NCBI GenBank assembly: GCA_964016885.1
Contig: OZ024748.1
Location: 38,316,001 to 38,380,000, forward strand
DNA length: 64,000 bases
Direction: 5' to 3'
Source: Eledone cirrhosa
Taxonomy: Eukaryota
Shown: positions 37,370 to 49,500 of the stretch, piece by piece
How positions within the stretch are numbered: position 1 is the first letter of the stretch
How the letters are laid out: each line of letters opens with the position of its first letter
Translations under genes and position numbers: made by a program
Notes under the pieces: model-generated
Seen by the model: the letters and a program-made list of their open reading frames with translations, nothing else
The model's database searches: none
What the model was told of the DNA's origin: nothing

Positions 37370-39460
37370 ACGCACAACATAGTAAATAACCTCAATATTG
37401 AAGATAGAACTGAATCTTTGGCACTGAAAAAAACCACCTTTTAACCTGAAAGATCACAAATCTAATTTTAACTCTAATCCTTGTATAAGACTTATATGCC
37501 CTTCCAAATCTGACATTGGCATCATTAGTAAAAAAAATTTTAGATAGAGTCATCCCACAATTAATAAAACATGTTAATTTACCACTCTGGGAAAACACAT
37601 CCCAGGTAATTAACTGGTTTACAAATATTAGAAATAAATCATCTGCTTCATTTCTACAATTCGATATAGATGCTTATTATTCCTCTATATCACCCATACT
37701 CCTGAACAAAGCCTTGATATTTGCCAAAAATAGATCAAACTTAACTATGGATGACATTAATATTATCACGCACGCTAGACAACCACTACTGGAATTTCAG
37801 AAGGAATACTGGACCAGAAATACATATAGTAATCTATTCGACATTACTATGGGCTCTAGTGATTCTGCCCAAATTACCGATCTTGTGGGCCTCTTTCTTC
37901 TATTTAACATAAATGCTTCTTTTCCCCACCTTAAAGGTGGTTTATATCGTGATGACTGTCTTCTTCTTTCCACTAACCTTAGCCTATCAGAAATTGAAAA
38001 TACTAAAAAAAACTTATTAGAACTTTCCTCAAAGACTATAATAGTTTCAATATTACATTTGAAAACACCAGTAAAGTAGTTAATTTCCTTGATATAACTT
38101 TAGACTTATCTACGGGTATCTACCAACCTTACCATAAACCTAGATTATGTTCCCAGGAACTTTTTGAAATAATGAAATCTAAGGATATCCTATTAAATAA
38201 GCGACAAGAATTAATTATATCATGTAATCATAGAATTAGAAAAACTTTTAAATATTATAAACCTAATTAATATACACTTATATTTTACAAATTATTATAA
38301 TAAATTTTTTTTTAAATTAGTTAACCTATAATTAATATTCTACTACTAAAATGTATACCAATACATATAAACTATTTTAATTTCAGGTTATGAATCTATA
38401 TTCCTTGTAATCTATATAAGTTTGTTATTTTTCACTAATACATTTATCCCCCCCCCCCACCAAAAAAAAATCTTTTTTCTTTCGTTTTTAACAACATTCT
38501 TTAATTACATCTAACTCTTATTTATCATATCTATATGAATTAATATAAATTTATCCATATAAATATACCTATCAATTTAATTAATTTATTTTCTTTTTAT
38601 ATTCCTTATGTTTTAAATAAGATTGATATTTTTCACTAACACATTTATCGTAAAATTTTATTCTCCTTAGATTTTAACATTAGCATTATTCTTTAATAAC
38701 ATCAATTTTTCGTGTACCTTTCACCGGCTTGACCTATTTTCATCCCCAAAGTAATCTTTTCATTCAAAATACTCTTTCCATTCAAAACTGAAGTCTGCAT
38801 TCCTCTACCCCTAAATTAAATTTCTATTACTACTATTCTATCATCTTGACCACTTATTACCTTTCTATTGGTCAATTCAAAATCTGTTCCCAAACAGACC
38901 TATTATATTAAATCTTTGTTGGTTTTTTTCAATAAACAAATATCATTATTTGGATTGGCAGTATCGGTAGAGGGTCGGACGCCATGCTTTCCAGCATAGT
39001 TACGTCCCTTTACGATCTGAGTTCAAATTCCGCCGAGGTTGACATTGCCTTTCATCCTTACGGGGTCGATAAAATAAAGTACCCGTAATGCACTGGGTAA
39101 TTGCTGGCCTTGTGCCTAAAGTAGAAACAATTATTTCTGAAGACAGCATATATATGTGTAGGTATGTATATTCCCTCTGAAAGTTTGTAAAAATGTTTAC
39201 ATAGATCTATATGATATACATACCAACACAGACATATATATCCTAGAAACGATCGTAAAATGCTGAATTGTTTAATATAAGGAACTGTTTCTTTGTTTTT
39301 ATTCATTATTTTTATTAATTTATCTTGACTCTGTTTTCCTGTGTTTTTCATCGAAAAAAAATTTTTTTTTTAATACATCTTCTCTTTTCATGATATTTGG
39401 ATTACATTGAGTTCTTCATACGGATTGGACACTACCGTATATTTTGGTAGATTTATCTAT
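37365..39460 (+). mobile_element. Naiad-like PLE, 5'-truncated and internally deleted
   Basis: RT remnant (LKDHKSNF, FLQFDIDAYY, FDITMGSSDSAQITDLVG, YRDD, VNFLD) at 37392-38140 fused to the C-terminal LC..E...LLNKRQE...CNH ending at 38270. AT-rich UTR, SINE insertion, degenerate hammerhead (~39134-39195), then (TA)n. Confidence 0.85.
38951..39135 (+). mobile_element. tRNA-derived SINE
   Basis: Closely matches 10580-10764. ATTATTT occurs on both sides (possible TSD). Confidence 0.88.
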
Positions 39461-39521
39461 ATAGATATATATTTGGTAGATTTATCTATATATATATATA
39501 TATATAGATAGATAAATCTAC

Positions 39522-39754
<233 letters not shown>

Positions 39755-39760
39755 GCATAA

Positions 39761-39958
39761 GGGTGGTGTGTTTGCCAGTATCGGTAGAGAGTCAGGCGCC
39801 ATGCTTTGCAGCATAGAGTTACGGTCCTTTATGGTCTGAGTTCAAATCCCGCCGATGTTAACTTTGCCTTTCATGCTTACGTTGTCGATAAAATAAAGTA
39901 CCAGTCACGCACTGGGGTCGATTTAATCGACTTTTCCCCCTCCCCTAAATTGGTGGGT
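39761..39958 (+). mobile_element. tRNA-derived SINE, longer variant
   Basis: Same head, B-box GAGTTCAAATCC and central domain. Retains GGTCGATTTAATCGACTTTTCCCCCTCCCCT, which is absent from the other two copies. Confidence 0.85.
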
Positions 39959-40540
39959 TTTTTTAGCTATGACATGGTCACACCTTAAAATACCCATACC
40001 GAGACATGTGTTTTAATTCTATTTTATCATATTCTATATGTTTCCATATACGCCTATATTATGAAGCACGTGATGTTGACGTCACTGTTAAATAGATAGA
40101 TAGATAGATATTGAACAATTGAACAAAATACCAAACACAACAATAAAATTAGATTATTGGGTTACGATAGCATCTGGACAGTTGAGGGTTCAATCATTAT
40201 ACAGTTATACAATTGACTCTTTATAGAGAAAATGTCATGCGACTCTTGAGAAAAATGTTAATTTACTGCATGAAATTTAGTGTATTATTCAATGAATAGT
40301 TAATATATTCTAACGGGACGGTCAGCGCTTGGGACCCCATTTGCTGTGAGAGATAGGTGAGAGCGGGAGAGAGACGGAGGCAGTGACTATACCAACATTG
40401 CTGAACTATTTTGTAGAGTTAAAGGTTAGGTGACCTTACGACATTGGAGAGGCTTAAGAAAACTTATTTCCGACAGTTACATGTCAGGTTGTTTTATGTT
40501 GGATATCTACGTAGGTACATATTTGGAGATATTACTAGAC

Positions 40541-43500
40541 TTGTATCCTGGTCTTACTGGGTGTCTTGGTCTTACTGGGTGTCCTAGTCTTACGGGGTGT
40601 CCTGGTCTTACTGGGTGTCCTAGTCTTACTGGGTGTCTTAGTCTTACTGGGTGTCCTAGTCTTACTGGGTGTCCGGATCTTACTGGGTGTCCTGGTCTTA
40701 CTGGGTGTCCTAGTAATACTGAGTGTCCTGGTCTTACTGGGTGTCCTAGTCTTACTGAGTGTCCTGGTCTTACTGGGTGTCCTAGTCTTACTGGGTGTCC
40801 TAGTCTTACTGGGTGCCCGGGTCTTACTGGGTGTCCTGGTTTTACTGGGTGTCCTAGTCTTACTGAGTGTCCTGGTCTTACAGGGTGTCCTAGTCTTACT
40901 GGGTGTCCTAGTCTTACTGGGTGTCCTAGTCTTACTGAGTGTCCTGGTCTTACTGAGTGTCCTGGTCTTACTGGGTGTCCTGGCCTTACTGGGTGTCCTA
41001 GTCTTACTGAGTGACCTGGTCTTACTGGGTGTCCTAGTCTTACTGAGTGTCCTGGTCTTACTCGGTGTCCTAGTCTTACTGAGTCTCCTGGTCTTACTGG
41101 GTGTCCTAGTCTTACTGGATGTCCTGGTCTTACTGGGTGTCCTAGTCTTACTGGGTGTCCTAGTCTTACTGGGTGTCCTGGTCTTACTGGATGTCCTGGT
41201 CTTACTGGGTGTCCTGGTCTTACTGAGTGTCATGGCCTTACTGAGTGTCCTGGTCTTATGGGTGTCCTAGTCTTAATGAGTGTCCTGGTCTTACTGGGTG
41301 TCCTAGTCTTACTGGATGTCCTGGTCTTACTGGGTGTCCTGGTCTTACTGGGTGTCCTAGTCTTACTGGGTGTCCTATTCTTACTGAGTGTCCTGGTCTT
41401 ACTGGGTGTCCTAGTCTTACTGAGTGTCCTGGTCTTACTGGGTGTCCTAGTCTTACAGGTGTCCTAGTCTTACTGAGTGTCCTGGTCTTACTGGGTGTCC
41501 TAGTCTTACTGAGTGTCCTAGTCTTACTGAGTGTCCTGATCTTACTGGGTGTCCTAGTCTTACTGAGTATCCTGGTCTTACTGGGTGTCCTAGTCTTACT
41601 GGGTGTCCTAGTCTTACTGAGTGTCCTGGTCTTACTGGGTGTCCTAGTCTTACTGAGTGTCCTGTTCTTACTGGGTGTCCTAGTCTTACTGGGTGTCCTA
41701 GTTTTACTGAGTGTCCTGGTCTTACTGGGTGTCCTGGTCTTACTGAGTGTCCTGGTCTTACTGGGTGTCCTAGTCTTACTGGGTGTCCTAGTCTTACTGG
41801 GTGTCCTAGTCTTACTGGGTGTCCTAGTCTTACTGAGTGTCCTGGTCTTACTGGGTGTCCTGGCCTTACTGGGTGTCCTAGTCTTACTGAGTGACCTGGT
41901 CTTACTGGGTGTCCTAGTCTTACTGAGTATCCTGGTCTTACTGGGTGTCCTAGTCTTACTGGGTGTCCTAGTCTTACTGAGTGTCCTGGTCTTACTGGGT
42001 GTCCTAGTCTTACTGAGTGTCCTGTTCTTACTGGGTGTCCTAGTCTTACTGGGTGTCCTAGTTTTACTGAGTGTCCTGGTCTTACTGGGTGTCCTGGTCT
42101 TACTGAGTGTCCTGGTCTTACTGGGTGTCCTAGTCTTACTGGGTGTACTAGTCTTACTGGGTGTCCTAGTCTTACTGAGTGTCCTGGTCTTACTGGGTGT
42201 CCTAGTCTTACTGAGTGTCCTGGTCTTACTGGGTGTCCAAGTCTTACTGAGTGTCCTGGTCTTACTGGGTGTCCTAGTCTTACTGGGTGTCCTAGTCTTA
42301 CTGGGTGTCCTAGTCTTACTGGGTGTCCTAGTCTTACTGAGTGTCCTGGTCTTACTGGGTGTCCTAGTCTTACTGGGTGTCCTGGTCTTACTGGGTGTCC
42401 TAGTCTTACTGGGTGTCCTGGTCTTACTGGGTGTCCTGGTCTTACTGAGTGTCCTAGTCTTACTGAGTGTCCTGGTCTTACTGGGTGTCCTAGTCTTACT
42501 GGATGTCCTGGTCTTACTGGTGTCCTAGTCTTACTGGGTGTCCTGGTCTTACTGGGTGTCCTAGTCTTACTGGGTGTCCTAGTCTTACTGGGTGTCCTGG
42601 TCTTACTGGGTGTCCTAGTCTTACTGGCTGTCCTGGTCTTACTGGGTGTCCTGGTCTTACTGGGTGTCCTAGTCTTACTGGGTGTCCTGGTCTTACTGGG
42701 TGTCCTGGTCTTACTGGGTGTCCTAGTCTTACTGAGTGTCCTGGTCTTACTGGGTGTCCTAGTCTTACTGAGTGTCCTGGTCTTACTGGGTGTCCTAGTC
42801 TTACTGAGTGTCCTGGTTACTGGGTGTCCTAGTCTTACTGGGTGTCCTAGTCTTACTGAGTGTCCTTGTCTTACTGGGTGTCCTATTCTTACTGAGTGTC
42901 CTGGTCTTACTGGGTGTCCTAGTCTTATTGAGTGTCCTGGTCTTACTGGGTGTCCTTGTCTTACTGAGTGTCCTGGTCTTACTGGGTCTCCTAGTCTTAC
43001 TGGATGTCCTGGTCTTCCTGGGTGTCCTAGTCTTACTGGGTGTCCTGGTCTTACTGGGTGTCCTGGTCTTACTGGGTGTTCTAGTCTTACTGGGTGTCCT
43101 AGTCTTACTGGGTGTCCTAGTCTTACTGAGTGTCCTGGTCTTGCTGGGTGTCCTAGTCTTACTGAGTGTCCTTGTCTTACTGGGTGTCCTAGTCTTACTG
43201 GGTGTCCTAGTCTTACTGGGTGTCCTAGTCTTACTGAGTGTCCTAGTCTTACTGGGTGTCCTAGTCTTACTGAGTGTCCTGGTCTTACTGGGTGTCCTAG
43301 TCTTATTGGGTGTCCTAGTCTTACTGGGTGTCCTAGTCTTACTGAGTGTCCTGGTCTTACTGGGTGTTCTAGTCTTACTGGGTGTCCTAGTCTTACTGGG
43401 TGTCCTAGTCTTACTGAGTGTCCTGGTCTTGCTGGGTGTCCTAGTCTTACTGAGTGTCCTTGTCTTACTGGGTGTCCTAGTCTTACTGGGTGTCCTGGTC

Positions 43501-46500
43501 TTACTGGGTGTCCTGGTCTTACTGGGTGTCCTAGTCTTACTGGGTGTCCTGGTCTTACTGGGTGTCCTGGTCTTACTGGGTGTCCTAGTCTTACTGAGTG
43601 TCCTGGTCTTACTAGGTGTCCTAGTCTTTCTGAGTGTCCTGGTCTTACTGGGTGTCCTAGTCTTACTGGATGTCCTGGTCTTACTGGGTGTCCTATTCTT
43701 ACTGGGTGTCCTAGTCTTACTGGGTGTCCTGGTCTTACTGGGTGTCCTGGTCTTACTGGGTGTCCTGGCCTTACTGAGTGTCCTGGTCTTACTGGGTGTC
43801 CTACTCTTACTGAGTGTCCTGGTCTTACTGGGTGTCCTAGTCTTACTGGGTGTCCTAGTCTTACTGAGTGTCCTGGTCTTACTGGGTGTCCTAGTCTTAC
43901 TGAGTGTCCTGGTCTTACTGGGTGCCCTAGTCTTACTGGGTGTCCTGGTCTTATTGGGTGTCCTAGTATTACTGGGTGTCCTAGTCTTACTGGGTGTCCC
44001 AGTCTTACTGGGTGTCCTGGTCTTACTGGGTGTCCTGGTCTTACTGAGTGTCCTGGTCTTACTGGATGTCCTGGTCTTACTGGGTGTCCTAGTCTTACTG
44101 GGTGTCCTAGTCTTACTGAGTGTCCTGGTCTTACTGGGTGTCCTAGTCTTACTGAGTGCCCTGGTCTTACTGGGTGTCCTAGTCTTACTGGCTGTCATGG
44201 TCTTACTGGGTGTCCTAGTCTTACTGGGTGTCCTAGTCTTACTGGGTGTCCTAGTCTTACTGAGTGTCCTGGTTCTACTAGGTGTCCTAGTCTTACTGAG
44301 TGTCCTGTTCTTACTGGGTGTCCTACTCTTACTGGGTGTCCTAGTCTTACTGAGTGTCCTGGTCTTACTGGGTGTCCTAGTCTTACTGAGTGTCCTGGTC
44401 TTACTGGGTGTCCTAGTCTTAGTGGGTGTCCTAGTCTTACTGAGTGTCCTGGTCTTACTGGGTGTCCTAGTGTTACTGAGTGTCCTGGTCTTACTGGGTG
44501 TCCTAGTCTTACTGAGTGTCCTGGTCTTACTGGGTGTCCTGGTCTTACTGAGTGACCTGGTCTTACTGGGTGTCCTAGTCTTACTGGGTGTCCTAGTCTT
44601 ACTGGGTGTCCTAGTCTTACTGAGTGTCTTGGTCTTACTGTGTGTCCTAGTCTTACTGAGTGTCCTGGTTACTGGGTGTCCTAGTCTTACTGAGTGTCCT
44701 TGTCTTACTGGGTGTCCTATTCTTACTGAGTGTCCTGGTCTTACTGGGTGTCCTAGTCTTATTGAGTGTCCTGGTCTTACTGGGTGTCCTAGTCTTACTG
44801 AGTGTCCTGGTCTTACTGAGTGTCCTAGTCTTACTGGGTGTCCTAGTCTTACTGGGTGTCCTAGTCTTACTGGGTGTCCTGGTCTTACTGAATGTCCTGG
44901 TCTTACTGGGTGTCCTAGTCTTACTGGGTGTCCTGGTCTTACTGGGTGTCCTGGTCTTACTGGGTGTTCTAGTCTTACTGGGTGTCCTAGTCTTACTGGG
45001 TGTCCTAGTCTTACTGAGTGTCCTGGTCTTGCTGGGTGTCCTAGTCTTACTGAGTGTCCTTGTCTTACTGGGTGTCCTAGTCTTACTGGGTGTCCTAGTC
45101 TTACTGGGTGTCCTAGTCTTACTGAGTGTCCTAGTCTTACTGGGTGTCCTAGTCTTACTGAGTGTCCTGGTCTTACTGGGTGTCCTAGTCTTATTGGGTG
45201 TCCTAGTCTTACTGGGTGTCCTAGTCTTACTGAGTGTCCTGGTCTTACTGGGTGTTCTAGTCATACTGCGTGTCCTGGACTTACTGGGTGTCCTAGTCTT
45301 ACTGGGTGTCCTGGTCTTACTGGGTGTCCTGGTCTTACTGGGTGTCCTAGTCTTACTGGGTGTCCTGGTCTTACTGGGTGTCCTTGTCTTATTGGCTGTC
45401 CTGGTCTTACTGGGTGTCCTGGTCTTACTGGGTGTCCTAGTCTTATTGCGTGTCCTAGTCTTACTGCGTGTCCTGGTCTTACTGGGTGTCCTAGTCTTAC
45501 TGGGTGTCCTGGTCTTACTGGGTGTCCTAGTCTTACTGGCTGTCCTGGTCTTACTGGGTATCCTGGTCTTACTGGGCGTCCTAGTCTTACTGGGTGTCCT
45601 GGTCTTACTGGGTGTCCTGGTCTTACTGAGTGTCATGATCTTACTGGGTGTCCTAGTCTTACTGAGTGTCCTGGTTTTACTGGGTGTCCTAGTCTTACTG
45701 GATGTCCTGGTCTTACTGGGTGTCCTAGTCTTACTGGATTTCCTAGCCTTACTGGGTGTCCTGGTCTTACTGGGTGTCCTGGCCTTACTGAGTGTCCTGG
45801 TCTTACTGGGTGTCCTAGTCTTACTCGGCGTCCTAGTCTTACTGGGTGTCCTGGTCTTACTGGGTGTCCTGGTCTTACTGGGTATACTGGTCTTACTGGG
45901 TGTCCTAGTCTTACTGTGTGTCCTGGTCTTACTGGGTGTCCTAGTCTTACTGGGTGTCCTAGTCTTACTGTGTGTCCTAGTCTTACTGGGTGTCCTAGTC
46001 TTACTGGGTGTCCTAGTCTTACTGGGTGTCCTGGTCTTACTGGGTATCCTGGTCTTACTGGGTGTCCTAGTCTTAGTGGGTGTCCTAGTCTTACTGGTTC
46101 TCCTGGTCTTACTGGGTGTCCTAGTCTTACTGGGTGTCTTGGTCTTACTGGGTGTCCTGGTCTTACTGGGTGTCCTGGTCTTACTGTGTATCCTTGTCTT
46201 ACTGGGTGTCCTAGTCTTTCTGTGTGTCCTGGTCTTACTGGGTGTCCTAGTCTTACTGGGTGTCCTAGTCTTACTGGGTGTCCTATTCTTACTGGGTGTC
46301 CTGGTCTTACTGGGTGTCCTAGTCTTACTGGGTGTCCGGGTCTTACTGGGTGTACGGGTCTTACTGGGTGTCCTGGTCTTACAGGGTGTCCGGGTCTTAC
46401 TGAGTGTCCTAGTCTTTCTGGGTGTCCTGGCCATACTGGGTATCCTAGTCTTACTGGGTGTCCTAGTCTTACTGGGTGTCCTAGTCTTACTGGGTGTCCT

Positions 46501-49500
46501 GGTCTTACTGGGTGTCCTGGTCTTACTGGGTGTCCTAGTCTTACTGTGTGTCCTGGTCTTACTGGGTGTCCTAGTCTTACTGGGTGTCCTAGTCTTACTG
46601 TGTGTCCTAGTCTTACTGGGTGTCCTAGTCTTACTGGGTATCCTGGTCTTACTGGGTGTCTTGGTCTTACTGGGTATCCTGGTCTTACTGGGTGTCCTAG
46701 TCTTACTGGGTGTCCGGGTCATACTGGGTGTCCTAGTCTTACTGCTGTGTCCTGGTCTTACTGGGTATCCTAGTCTTACTGTGTGTCCTAGTCTTACTGG
46801 GTGTCCTGGTCTTACTGTGTGTCCTGGCCTTACTGGGTGTCCTGGTCTTACTGGGTGTCCTGGTTTTACTCGGTGTCCTGGTCTTACTGGGTGTCCTGGT
46901 CAAACTGGGTGTCCTGGCCTTACTGGGTGTCCTGGCCTTACAGGGTGTCCTGGTCTTACTGGGTGTCCTGGCCTTACTGGGTGTCCTGGTCTTACTGGGT
47001 GTCCTGGCCTTACTGTGTGTCCTGGTCTTACTGGGTTTCCTGGCCTTACTGGGTGTCCTGGTATTACTGGGTGTCCTGGTCTTACTGGGTGTCCTAGCCT
47101 TACTCAGTGTCCTGGTCTTACTGGGTGTCCTGGTCTTACTGGGTGTCCTGGTCTTACTGGGTGTCCTGGCCTTACTGGGTGTCCTGTTCTTACTGGGTGT
47201 CCTGGCCTTACTGGGTGTCCTGGCCTTACTGGGTGTCCTGGTCTTACTGTGTGTCCTGGCCTTACTGGGTGTCCTGGTCTTACTGGGTGTCCTGGCCTTA
47301 CTGTGTGTCCTGGTCTTACTGGGTGTCCTGGCCTTACTGGGTGTCCTGGTCTTACTGGGTGTCCTGGTCTTACTGGGTGTCCTAACCTTACTGGGTGTCC
47401 TGGTCTTACTGAGTGTCCTGGTCTAACTGGGTGTCCTAGCCTTACTGGTGTCCTAACCTTACTGGGTGTCCTGGTCTTACTGAGTGTCCTGGTCTTACTG
47501 TGTGTCCTGGTCTTACTGGGTGTCCTGGCCTTACTGGTTGTCCTGGTATTACTGGGTGTCCTGGTCTTACTGGGTGTCCTAGCCTTACTGAGTGTCCTGG
47601 TCTTACTGGGTGTCCTGGTCTTACTGGGTGTCCTGGTCTTACTGGGTGTCCTGGCCTTACTGGGTGTCCTGGTCTTACTGGGTGTCCTAACCTTACTGGG
47701 TGTCCTGGTCTTACTGGGTGTCCTAGTCTTACTGGGTGTCCTCGTCTTACTGAGTGTCCTGGTCTTACTGGGTGTCCTGGTCTTACTGGGTGTCCTAACC
47801 TTACTGGGTGTCCTGGTCTTACTGAGTGTCCTGGTCTTACTGGGTGTCCTAGCCTTACTGGTGTCCTAACCTTACTGGGTTTCCTGGTCTTACTGAGTGT
47901 CCTGGTCTTACTGGGTGTCCTGGTCTTACTGGGTGTCCTAGCCTTACTGGGTGTCCTATCCTTACTGGGTGTCCTGGTCTTACTGGGTGTCCTAGTCTTA
48001 CTGGGTGTCCTGGTCTTACTGGGTGTCCTAACCTTACTGGGTGTCCTGGTCTTACTGGGTATCCTAGCCTTACTGGGTGTCCTAACCTTAGTGGGTGTCC
48101 TGGTCTTACTGGGTGTCCTGGTCTTACTGGGTGTCCTAGCCTTACTGGGTGTCTTAACCTTACTGGGTGTCCTGGTCTTACTGAGTGTCCTGGTCTTACT
48201 GAGTGTCCTGGTCTTACTGGGTGTCCTGGTCTTACTGGGTGTCCTAACCTTACTGGGTGTCCTGGTCTTACTGGGTGTCCTGGTCTTACTGGGTGTCCTA
48301 GCCTTACTGGGTGTCCTGGTCTTACTGGGTGTCCTAGTCTTACTGGGTGTCCGGGTCTTACTGGGTGTACGGGTCTTACTGGGTGTCCTGGTCTTGCAGG
48401 GTGTCCGGGTCTTACTGAGTGTCCTAGTCTTTCTGGGTGTCCTGGCCATACTGGGTATCCTAGTCTTACTGGGTGTCCTAGTCTTACTGGGTGTCCTAGT
48501 CTTACTGGGTGTCCTGGTCTTACTGGGTGTCCTGGACTTACTGGGTGTCCTATCCTTACTGGGTGTCCTGGTCTTACTGGGTGTCCTGGCCTTACTGGGT
48601 GTCCTGGTCTTACTGTGTGTCCTGGCCTTACTGTGTGTCCTGGTCTTACTGGGTGTCCTGGTTTTACTGGGTGTCCTGGTCTTACTGGGTGTCCTGGTCT
48701 TACTGGGTGTCCTAGTCTTACTGGGTTTCCTGGTCTTACTGGGTGTCCTAGTCTTACTGGCTGTCCTGGTCTTACTGGGTGTCCTGGTCTTACTGGGTGT
48801 CCTAGTCTTACTGGGTGTCCTAGTCTTACTGGGTGTCCTGGTCTTACTGGGTGTCCTGGCCTTACTGGGTGTCTTGGTCTTACTGGGTGTCCTGGTCTTA
48901 CTGGGTGTCCTAGCCTTACTGGGTGTCCTGGTCTTACTGGGTGTCCTGGTCTTACTGGGTGTACTGGACTTACTGGGTGTCCTATCCTTACTGGGTGTCC
49001 TGGTCTTACTTGGTGTCCTGGTATTACTGGGTGTCTTGGTCTTACTGGGTATCCTGGCCTTACTGGGTGTCCTAGTCATACTGGGTGTCCGGGTCTTACT
49101 GGGTGTCCTAGTCTTACTGGGTGTCCTAGTCTTACTGGGTGTCCTGGTCTTACTGGGTGTCCTGGTCTTACTGGGTGTCCTGGTCTTACTGGGTGTCCTG
49201 GTTTTACTGGGTATCCTTGTCTTACTGGGTGTCCTAGTCTTATTGTGTGTCCTGGTCTTACTGGGTGTCCTAGTCTTACTGGGTGTCCTAGTCTTACTGG
49301 GTGTCCTAGTCTTACAGGGTGTCCTAGTTTACTGGGTGTCCTGGTCTTACTGGGTGTCCTAGTCTTACTGTGTGTCCGGGTCTTACTGGGTGTACGGGTC
49401 TTACTGGGTGTCCTGGTCTTACAGGGTGTCCGGGTCTTACTGAGTGTCCTAGGCTTTCTGGGTGTCCTGGCCATACTGGGTATCCTAGTCTTACTGGGTG

